The notes beneath the pieces are model-generated. The model did no database searches, was not told the origin of the DNA, and was given only the letters and a program-made list of their open reading frames with translations. The position numbers and the translations under genes are program-made. From positions 1,436 through 33,748 of the forward strand of contig CAZQMP010000002.1 in NCBI GenBank assembly GCA_964594565.1: a stretch of DNA of 32,313 nucleotides, written 5' to 3'. Of this stretch, positions 17,901 to 25,326 are shown one piece after another (position 1 is the first letter of the stretch; each line of letters starts with the position of its first letter). The DNA comes from an uncultured Candidatus Saccharibacteria bacterium (GTDB taxonomy: Bacteria > Patescibacteriota > Saccharimonadia > Saccharimonadales > Saccharimonadaceae).

Positions 17901-19098
17901 AGAGAGTGATGTTTCCAGAGAGGGTGATTTGCTCATTCGGAGCGAACTCGGCCGTGTGCGAATCAGCATGGGTTGACCAGCCAATGATTTCGTAGCCAGA
18001 GCGGTAGATAGAAGGGGTGCGGATAACACAGGTCGAGGTGGTCGTGCAGGAGCGGGAAGTCTCGCTCGAGGCGCCGTTACCGACGAACAGAGCAACGTAA
18101 GTATATGTCGACGGAGTCGGGTCAGGGTTTGTCGGATTCGTCGGCGATGGTGGGCGAACAATAACGGTGATATCTTCATCTCCGCCGCGTTGAATGTTGT
18201 CGGTCGGCTGACGGGTCGAGGAAGAGCCCGAGGAGCTTGAGGAGCTCGAAGAGCTTGAAGAGCTTGTGTCGGGGAGAGTGCCAACTTCCTCGTCGGTCGT
18301 AAACCGGACAACGACAGATTTGCGGGCAACGTTCCCCGCTACGTCTGTAACAGAGACAGCGTAGGTCCCGGAAGTCGTGACGGTTATGGTCGGGGTGGTC
18401 GCGCCATTATTCCAGGAATAGCTATCGATTCCCGAAGCGGTGTCGGCGGCAATCGCGGTCAGAACAGCTTCCGACTCGCCGGTTATTTCTCGAGAAATCT
18501 CCAAAGTTGGGGCGACTGTGTCGACTTTTGTGACTTTGACGGACTGAACATCAGAAAGAAAGCCAAAATAATCTCGAGCTTGGACTTTATAGGTTCCGTT
18601 TTTGGTAATTCGAGCGGAGTTCGAGGTCTGCCAGGTTTCCCCACCGTCAAAGGTATATTCAAGTTCTTTTACTGTCCCGGAGTTTTCTACGGTCACAGTC
18701 AGCGTCGCGTCGTTTGTCCAGGCGGTCGGATTCCCACGGATTGAGCGAATCGCAAGGGTAGTTGAATTCGGAGCAACCTTCGTAATCGAGAAGGTGTAAG
18801 TCTTGTTGTTGATTACGATCGTATGGCTTGAACTTGAGTTTGAAACGGGGACGGGCGTGTCGCAGCCAGTGACACTCGAGCCGGTACAGACAAAGTTTAA
18901 TGAAGTCTCACTTGTGTAGATTGTATAGTTAGAAGTTTCTTCAGAGAAACTTGGATAGCTCGTTCCGTTCGAGATAGAGATAGAAGCGGGGGTTGTTTCG
19001 CGGGTAAGGAAAAAATAGAGAGCAACGCCAACCCCAATTAACAACAAAAGGATGACGATAATTATAACAAGCTTTTTGTTATCTTTTTTATTCTCCAC
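14953..19098 (-). CDS. Large surface protein: N-terminal anchor, Ig-like domains, ~10 Cys-containing repeats and a C-terminal HExxH zinc-metallopeptidase-like domain
   Basis: N-terminal TM; Ig-like segments (YTFDGG.TW, DTVAPTL...D..SGI); Ser/Pro linker; ~80-aa repeats; HELGHALD (15280-15294) with downstream YA.....EFLAEAF. GTG start with GAGGT SD. Confidence 0.9.
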   Translation of the reverse strand: MENKKDNKKLVIIIVILLLLIGVGVALYFFLTRETTPASISISNGTSYPSFSEETSNYTIYTSETSLNFVCTGSSVTGCDTPVPVSNSSSSHTIVINNKTYTFSITKVAPNSTTLAIRSIRGNPTAWTNDATLTVTVENSGTVKELEYTFDGGETWQTSNSARITKNGTYKVQARDYFGFLSDVQSVKVTKVDTVAPTLEISREITGESEAVLTAIAADTASGIDSYSWNNGATTPTITVTTSGTYAVSVTDVAGNVARKSVVVRFTTDEEVGTLPDTSSSSSSSSSSSSGSSSTRQPTDNIQRGGDEDITVIVRPPSPTNPTNPDPTPSTYTYVALFVGNGASSETSRSCTTTSTCVIRTPSIYRSGYEIIGWSTHADSHTAEFAPNEQITLSGNITLYAIAKRTLTASFAVQDSIHASTTTTSSSCSIYNEEYSCPIMTAPLLVASGYTALGWNLTPSSTTASIAQNTTYNLVGDTIFYSITRRDTPIHAVFTIPDPDSATMNGGTTECLLYNAATECQLVAPNLVANENYTALGWHNPNDEEQISLESGETFYLGADEDGKTFYAVVRSDLYLSATFILQDPAAGTLSRSTVSCLPEAGEQSCSVNVPTVELNSGYALLGWSRTAASTTAELSATTILLTENITYYSVTKKTTPLSATFVIQDSSAATLSGESTLTCELYNGASSCEIVAPSLTANSGYEALGWNTISSSTSASVPFGTSAEISSDTTFYSITRDSSPISATFRLQDSTISSMDGGTTSCLRYNGASSCEIVAPTLRGSNGHAPLGWALSSEAEEATVASGGTTSISGGEIFYAITKKTIVVTFHNGTETTTHTCVLYRGTKECTFVFPTIDSSDFLGWSWIMNADEPEFYGGESATVYENTEYYSVSRVVIHILFQVQDHNAVTSTSVDVQCNLYNGATYCPGTVPELTAASGYTALGWNTDPTATTASLTPGASFNFSREETYYSITRRTAPVRATFTIPSSTSSFMSQSGGTTQCFLYNGASTCQLVSPTLTSSDSNNYAAGWGLSENGPVTLGAGIPFQLGEDTTYYSISQNNIVVYFSKNTTFQSGTTEIAYGNWLNNNLAATALSFEGSTNCVSYNLNTCKLASVPRVYSPGHMVLGYGINPGGDVYLVYSLNITGSGTLYARIWDWYSLSNFVLGETKKVSVDDSNENAYYPVEFQDTIESSVRTDYTEYIERAFNNVPALKTLYGKMRFSNYTTYNAYPSHDGSAGVTYPYFGVFAPVDILSPYDDAADGYIKHAIIHELGHALDGAFYERTGTFLHDYSEFTTARSELLAIRNAQDDSTADADRPLSEYAFSDDEGFEFLAEAFIAYYRDRYGAYYSTTLGYTTDSLNSAFRKYLCYAENDYNMESDCE
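15631..18107 (-). repeat. About 10 tandem ~72-95 aa protein repeats
   Basis: Consensus A.F..QD...T.C..YNG..C...AP.L....GY.ALGW......T.Y(S/A)IT(R/K). An identical 26-nt segment occurs at 16778-16803 and 17027-17052. Confidence 0.9.
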
Positions 19099-19121
19099 TT
19101 TTACCTCGCTATACTTATTTA

Positions 19122-19151
19122 ATTATAGCATAAGAAAAATCATTATTTCAA
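19122..19151 (-). promoter_or_regulatory. Putative sigma70 promoter of the 1381-aa surface protein
   Basis: TTGAAA-18 nt-TATAAT with extended TG. Confidence 0.65.
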
Positions 19152-19164
19152 GAACATTTTAGCA

Positions 19165-19195
19165 CAAACATTAAGACCGGACTTTCGTCCGGTCT
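19165..19195 (-). terminator. Putative intrinsic terminator hairpin
   Basis: AGACCGGAC-GAAA-GUCCGGUCU, a perfect 9-bp stem with a GNRA loop on the minus strand, followed by a weak U tract (UAAUGUUUG). Confidence 0.65.
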
Positions 19196-19311
19196 CGCTG
19201 ATGCGCGCCCACCCGAGGGCACATTGTTTTGTTTTAATCCGCTGTTTTTGTTTTTAATGTAGTCTCCACACTCCACTAAGATCAGTGGAACCCTGTGAAG
19301 CGTATCAGCTT
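19174..19311 (-). ncRNA. Candidate structured small non-coding RNA (~140 nt), family not recognised
   Basis: Own promoter and terminator-like hairpin; closing stem 19300-19309/19197-19206 encloses three further stems; no convincing coding capacity. Confidence 0.65.
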
Positions 19312-19335
19312 AAGTTTATTATAATAAACTTAAGC
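19308..19335. repeat. Perfect 28-bp palindrome
   Basis: GCTTAAGTTTATTA|TAATAAACTTAAGC is its own reverse complement. Confidence 0.95.
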
Positions 19336-19346
19336 ATTAAAATCAA
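19318..19346 (-). promoter_or_regulatory. Near-consensus sigma70 promoter for the candidate ncRNA
   Basis: TTGATT-17 nt-TATAAT; predicted start ~19311, immediately before the closing stem. Confidence 0.7.
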
Positions 19347-19375
19347 GAGGTTTCGCAAAAAATATGTTGTAATTT

Positions 19376-20683
<1,308 letters not shown>

Positions 20684-20716
20684 TTAAGTATACCATATAT
20701 ATTATAAGTTGGCAAA

Positions 20717-21793
20717 CTAAAGCGCTTCGTGGATGAAGGAGTAGGTCTGCCATTCGGAAGCGGCAATCGTGCGAGTTGCGACGCGTCCCCAACCTTGCGG
20801 ACCGTTCATGTCGGAGATGGTAATGGTCCCGTCGGCATTTACGCCGTCAGAGATAACGACGCCAACGTGGCCGTAGTATCCGCCTTCAGCGACGAAGACT
20901 GCACCCCATTCAGGGTTACGGTCAATACGATAGCGACCATAAAGCTGGTTGTCCCAATAGCGGGCGTTACCGAGGCCAGACGGGAGCGGCGAGAAGTTCT
21001 CGTAGCGCCATTGCCAGGCGTACCAAGTACACCAGCCCCAAGGCATCGGGTTGTAGTTTACATAGTTCAGGTTCGAGCGGTAATAGTAAGTTGTCTGGAC
21101 AGGGGCAGGAGCGACGTATTCTGGGCGTTCAGTTTCAGGGAGAGTCCCGCCAGGAATGACGATTTTCATGCCGGCAGAAATGCCGCGAGCGGAGAGGTTG
21201 TTCTTTTCTTCGATTTCTTCGGCGGTCGAGCCATATTTTTCGGCAATCGACGCCGCAGAGTCGCCTTCCTTAACGGTGTAGACGATCCCAGGAACAGAGG
21301 GGAGATAGAGAGTCTGGCCAGCAGAAACGTCGGTCGTTTTGAGGCCGTTCGACCAGCGGATTTGGTCGGTCGAGAGACCCTTTGAGCTTGCGATTGCTTC
21401 CATCGTCTCAGAGGTGCCGACTTCATATTCAATCACACCCTTCGCGAGAGAGGAAGTGTCGACGATATTCGTCTTCTCAATACGGGTCGAGGCGGTTTGG
21501 TTGATTGAGTACTGGGTTACGGCGGAAATATAGTCCATGTTTAGGTAGTTTGAAGAGCTAAGCGAGACATTGTTCGCGATTTCGGCGACGATATAGAGTT
21601 CAGAAAGCTGGTCGACAGAGACGGAATAGTTGTTGTCGGAGATGGCGAGCATGATAGGGACACCGTTCTCTTCGACAGTCTTGTTTTTGGAACCAAAATA
21701 AACTGTTCCGAGGATGAGAGCGCCGGACAAAACATAGCAAAGACCCCTTAAGAAAGGATTCTTGGACTCAGATTTGGATTTTTTAGCTGTCAT
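20717..21793 (-). CDS. LysM-LysM-CHAP peptidoglycan hydrolase with N-terminal anchor
   Basis: Two LysM repeats (YEV...ETM..IA...IRWSNGL; YTVKEGDS..SIA.KYG); CHAP Cys (WCTWYA), GNA..W, His (YGHVGVV), SDMN. ATGA overlap with the upstream gene. Confidence 0.9.
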   Translation of the reverse strand: MTAKKSKSESKNPFLRGLCYVLSGALILGTVYFGSKNKTVEENGVPIMLAISDNNYSVSVDQLSELYIVAEIANNVSLSSSNYLNMDYISAVTQYSINQTASTRIEKTNIVDTSSLAKGVIEYEVGTSETMEAIASSKGLSTDQIRWSNGLKTTDVSAGQTLYLPSVPGIVYTVKEGDSAASIAEKYGSTAEEIEEKNNLSARGISAGMKIVIPGGTLPETERPEYVAPAPVQTTYYYRSNLNYVNYNPMPWGWCTWYAWQWRYENFSPLPSGLGNARYWDNQLYGRYRIDRNPEWGAVFVAEGGYYGHVGVVISDGVNADGTITISDMNGPQGWGRVATRTIAASEWQTYSFIHEAL

Positions 21794-23502
21794 AATGAAA
21801 CGTTACAGAGTTCTGTGCAATGACTGACGATGTTCTGTTGATGCTCAGCCTTTGTAGTACTATAATACATCAAACCATCGTCTCCTGTCAAGAAATAAAG
21901 ATAAGAGGTGTCAGCGGGGTTTGCGGTTGCGATCAGGACAAGGGCGGACGGATTTGAGATTGGTCCACAGGGGAGACCGACATTAATCCGTGTGTTATAA
22001 CAAGAGTCGATTTGGAGCGCAGCGGCGTTGTCGGTGTAGGTTTTACGCTCAGGATCGACCAAATCGAGGGCGTATTTTACGGTTACATCAGATCCAAGCG
22101 ACATACCCATCTGGAGACGAGAATAGAAAACTTGGGCGACGGTCGCCATATCTTCTTTCGAGAGTGTTCCAGCTTCTTTCTGGACAACAGAGGCGAGAAC
22201 AATTCCCTCATGGAGAGTGAGACCCATGTTGTTAAACTTTTGTTTCAGATTGTTTTTCTGGACAACGGTATAGAGTTCGTCGAGCATACGAATCACAATC
22301 GTTTCGACAGAGTCGGTCGTGTAAAATTCGTACGTTTCCCCGAAGAGATAGCCCTCGATAGAGGCGTCAGCGGGTTTGTCGGCCAGAACGGGATGGTCGT
22401 AGGCTTTAGAGAAGGCAGCGTCAATTTCCTCTTCTTCGTAGCCGATGCTCATCAAACGTTTTTTAATGTCCTTCATCGTTTCTCCAGGGAGAGCAGTGAA
22501 CCGGAAGACGATGGCGTCGTTTGAACCGGCTTGGAGCTTTTCGATGATTTTTTCGACGGATTCAGAGGCGGAGATTTGGTAGGTTCCGGCTTTCAAATCG
22601 GCAGAAACCTTGTTTAGCGTCGCATAAATTCGGAAACCAAGAGAGCTTTTTATCAAACCCGCATCTTTCAAAGTATTCGCAATGTCAGTTACGGTCGAGC
22701 CTTCGGCGATTTTTACTTCAACGTACTTACAGGGGTCGGAATCATCAGAGGAAAAGATGCTTGCACAGCTATCCGAGGCGATTTTTGGAGAAATCGAGGA
22801 GTTATACCAGAAATTTGCGCCTAGAACGCCCAGAACAGCCACCAGAACGACGATAATCAAAACCCGAATCACAACCCACTTTTTTGTCGGATCCTTCCTA
22901 TAGGGCTTAAATTGCGTTTTAGGGGCATTTTCGCCTTCTCTCGAGAAGTCAGGGCGACTAGAAACAGGAGCGCCATTAGGGGCTTTTAGGGGATTTTGGA
23001 CGTATTTTGAGGCGTTTTTAGGGACTTTTACGGCAGCAGGGGCAGGTTCTTCGGAGGCGGTTTTCTTCTCTTTTAACCTTCGCTCAAGGTTTTCGAGAAA
23101 ATCTTGGAGGATAATCGTCGCGGCTTCAGTGTCGACATCTCCAGCTTTTTTGTCAAAACCTTTGTTTTTTAGGTTCTGTTTTGCCTCAACAGAGGTCAAA
23201 GATTCGTCTTGGAACAGGATTCTGACGCTCTTGTTATTAGGTTTTTCGCGTTGGAGGAGCTTGTTTAGAGATTTCGCGAAGCGTTTAACGTAGTCAGATT
23301 GGGCAGTTAACTCGCCTTGGAGATTTCGGGGCATCCCGATAACGACTGCGTCGATGTTGTTTAGACGGACGACTTTGACGATGTTTGCGACTTCTTGACC
23401 ATCAACCGCAATCATCCCGAGCGGGACGGCGATTTTTACACTTGAGTCGGCCTTTGCGAGGCCGATTCGCTTTTCTCCGACATCTAAGGCGATAAACTTC
23501 AT
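21790..23502 (-). CDS. ruvX-mltG: Fusion of YqgF/RuvX RNase H-fold nuclease (aa ~1-138), linker, TM helix and endolytic transglycosylase MltG
   Basis: YqgF motifs IALDVGEKRIGLA, VIGMP, QDESLTS, VD..AA.IILQ.FL; MltG motifs EGYLFGETY, LASVVQKE, LGSDVTV.Y, YNT....GLP.GPISNP, YLYF; one uninterrupted frame. Confidence 0.92.
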   Translation of the reverse strand: MKFIALDVGEKRIGLAKADSSVKIAVPLGMIAVDGQEVANIVKVVRLNNIDAVVIGMPRNLQGELTAQSDYVKRFAKSLNKLLQREKPNNKSVRILFQDESLTSVEAKQNLKNKGFDKKAGDVDTEAATIILQDFLENLERRLKEKKTASEEPAPAAVKVPKNASKYVQNPLKAPNGAPVSSRPDFSREGENAPKTQFKPYRKDPTKKWVVIRVLIIVVLVAVLGVLGANFWYNSSISPKIASDSCASIFSSDDSDPCKYVEVKIAEGSTVTDIANTLKDAGLIKSSLGFRIYATLNKVSADLKAGTYQISASESVEKIIEKLQAGSNDAIVFRFTALPGETMKDIKKRLMSIGYEEEEIDAAFSKAYDHPVLADKPADASIEGYLFGETYEFYTTDSVETIVIRMLDELYTVVQKNNLKQKFNNMGLTLHEGIVLASVVQKEAGTLSKEDMATVAQVFYSRLQMGMSLGSDVTVKYALDLVDPERKTYTDNAAALQIDSCYNTRINVGLPCGPISNPSALVLIATANPADTSYLYFLTGDDGLMYYSTTKAEHQQNIVSHCTELCNVSL

Positions 23503-25277
23503 TATTCCTCGATTTCTACGTTAATTTCGACTTGGTTTGGATTCGACGGGACGGCATTGACCCAGAAATAAGACTTCTCGATCGAAACGGAAGCAATTCC
23601 AGGGAAGGCGTCCTTAAGGACAGGTTCGATACGACCGATTTTTTGACCGGAAATTTTGTCGAGGATTTCGGTTTCGGAAATCTTCGGACCGGTTTTATAG
23701 GTCGTTTTTAGCTTTGCACTATAGGTCTTGTTGTCGGATTCGGTGAAGTATTCGACGAACGGAGAACCGATTGAGTACATTTGGCGATTTTCTTCGAGTT
23801 CGGTGCGGAATTTGATGAATTCTTCGATGCGAACCATGTCAACGGTAAGAATCGTGTAAGTTGTCTTCGAGGAGACGGAAGGAGTGACCCCTTCAGGGAC
23901 TTCTTCACCAACCGCCGGCGTCGAGGACGGAGCGGTCGCTTCGGATTTGAAGCTGGCTTCAATCGGAAGGACGGAATCGGAAAGCTTTCCGAGCAACTCG
24001 GTTTTCCCGCCATCTTTTGTTTCGGAGGCGAGTTTGTCGAGCGCAAGGTCGATGTCAGACTGAAGGACGATAGTGACGATTTGCGACGTGCCGCCAACGA
24101 GGTCTGATTTGTTATAGACAGAGACTGATGGGAATTCTTTTGAACTCCACCCAGATTGTTGACCGGAAACGTTGTATTGTTCACCAGGAGAAACGGCTTT
24201 AACGGAAACAGTTTCGGAAATTATACAGCCGCGAGATATCGAGCTTCCATCTCCACAATTCGTTTCATCTTCGCCATCCCACGCCAAAGTTGCGTCAGAA
24301 ACGGCAATATATTCGAGGCCCTTGTAGATGAAAGTTGAACCTGCAGCAAAATCAAAGGAAAATCTGTCTCGATCTTGGAAATAGACAACGAGCGTGCCCG
24401 AAGCTTTTTCTCCAAGGTCTTTCTGGCCGGTGGCGGTGAATTTGATGGTTTGGTCTTTTTCGAGCTTTTCTTCGTGGGCGTAGAAGATTCCCGATTCGGT
24501 GTTTTCGTCAGCGGGAGCTGTCGTGAAAGTTACGTTTTCGGAGAAATTACCAGAGCTGGTGCGGACGGAGACGGAAACCTTAACACGCGGAGCAATCATA
24601 AGTGCCCAGACAAAGAAGACAACAAGGGCGGTTACGGCGAGAGTACCGAAAATAATCCATTTTTTATGACCATTAATCCAGGCGATGAACGGAGAGCCGG
24701 ATTCTTTTTTCGACTTCTTCTTTTCTTCTTTCTTGGACTTTTTCTCGGGTTTTTTGGACTTTTCGGGTTTATCGGATTCTTCAGTCTTTTCGTCAGCTTC
24801 AATTTCGTCGACAAGTTTCGAGGCTTCTGGCTCCTCGGTGAATTCTTCGGCGGATTCGGAAGTTTCTTCCTCGTTTTCTTCCGCTTCTTCGGTCTCGGCT
24901 TTTTCTTCCTCGGCGTCTTCAGAATCTTCTTCAGGTTCGCTCGGTTCTTCTGGCTCTTCTTCGCCAGGATCTTTCTCGGGTTTTTCAAGCTCGGATTCGT
25001 GGCCGGGCATGACTGGGCGAGATTTCAAAGAAGGAGCAACTGGAAGATTTGCGTGCATGGCAAGTTTCGTCAAAGAATCGTCGGTCGTGACGAGAACAAC
25101 GGCTTTTTTCTCGGACTTTGCGGTGCGCGCGATGAGTTTTATGTTTACGGAACTAAGTAAGACGCCCGGTTTTTTCGGAGGGACGAGCGCAATCACTTTT
25201 TTCTCGGAAGATTTTAGCCGCGCGAGAATGTCAGTGATGTCGTCACCGGGTTCAATGTAAATAGTTTCTTTATTCAT
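23502..25277 (-). CDS. Bitopic membrane protein with a baseplate-J-like extracellular region
   Basis: Start moved to ATG 25277 (MNKETIYIEPGDDIT), 8 nt after TGgTATACT. Small N-terminal alpha/beta domain, acidic/Lys-rich linker, TM, then KASGTLVVY...V.V.A..PGEQYNV...GG. TAATG coupling to the ruvX-mltG gene. The family call is from recognition only. Confidence 0.75.
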   Translation of the reverse strand: MNKETIYIEPGDDITDILARLKSSEKKVIALVPPKKPGVLLSSVNIKLIARTAKSEKKAVVLVTTDDSLTKLAMHANLPVAPSLKSRPVMPGHESELEKPEKDPGEEEPEEPSEPEEDSEDAEEEKAETEEAEENEEETSESAEEFTEEPEASKLVDEIEADEKTEESDKPEKSKKPEKKSKKEEKKKSKKESGSPFIAWINGHKKWIIFGTLAVTALVVFFVWALMIAPRVKVSVSVRTSSGNFSENVTFTTAPADENTESGIFYAHEEKLEKDQTIKFTATGQKDLGEKASGTLVVYFQDRDRFSFDFAAGSTFIYKGLEYIAVSDATLAWDGEDETNCGDGSSISRGCIISETVSVKAVSPGEQYNVSGQQSGWSSKEFPSVSVYNKSDLVGGTSQIVTIVLQSDIDLALDKLASETKDGGKTELLGKLSDSVLPIEASFKSEATAPSSTPAVGEEVPEGVTPSVSSKTTYTILTVDMVRIEEFIKFRTELEENRQMYSIGSPFVEYFTESDNKTYSAKLKTTYKTGPKISETEILDKISGQKIGRIEPVLKDAFPGIASVSIEKSYFWVNAVPSNPNQVEINVEIEE

Positions 25278-25285
25278 ATAAAATA

Positions 25286-25319
25286 AGTATACCACTTTTT
25301 TTAAAGCTTGTGTTAAAAT
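25286..25319. promoter_or_regulatory. Back-to-back extended -10 promoters in a 49-bp divergent spacer
   Basis: Minus strand: TGgTATACT-8 nt-ATG(25277). Plus strand: TGtTAAAAT-7 nt-ATG(25327). Confidence 0.65.
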
Positions 25320-25326
25320 ATTATTA

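Noticed and set aside
15631-18107. CRISPR array or diversity-generating retroelement repeats
   Set aside because: The repeats are diverged in-frame protein repeats ~250 nt apart; there is no spacer structure, cas gene or reverse transcriptase.
18220-18266. Imperfect 9-nt tandem repeat (GARGAGCTY)
   Set aside because: It simply encodes a poly-Ser linker, in frame; not a phase-variation tract.
19171-19224. 17-aa minus-strand ORF MCPRVGAHQRDRTKVRS inside the candidate RNA
   Set aside because: No SD, the AUG is sequestered in a stem and the frame runs through the hairpins. It is not excluded without Ribo-seq but is unsupported.
19197-19309. tRNA, tmRNA, 6S or SRP RNA identity, or a riboswitch for the 1381-aa gene
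   Set aside because: No T-loop/D-loop consensus, CCA end or SRP loop motif, and wrong size and shape for 6S or tmRNA; the downstream gene has its own promoter after the terminator.
24375-25260. Long plus-strand ORFs (261 and 191 aa) rich in Phe/Ser
   Set aside because: Antisense artefacts of the Glu/Lys-rich linker on the minus strand.
23502-25277. Prophage or contractile injection system suggested by the baseplate-J-like domain
   Set aside because: No sheath, tube, spike, terminase, capsid or integrase genes in the window; the protein is membrane-anchored within a housekeeping-type operon.
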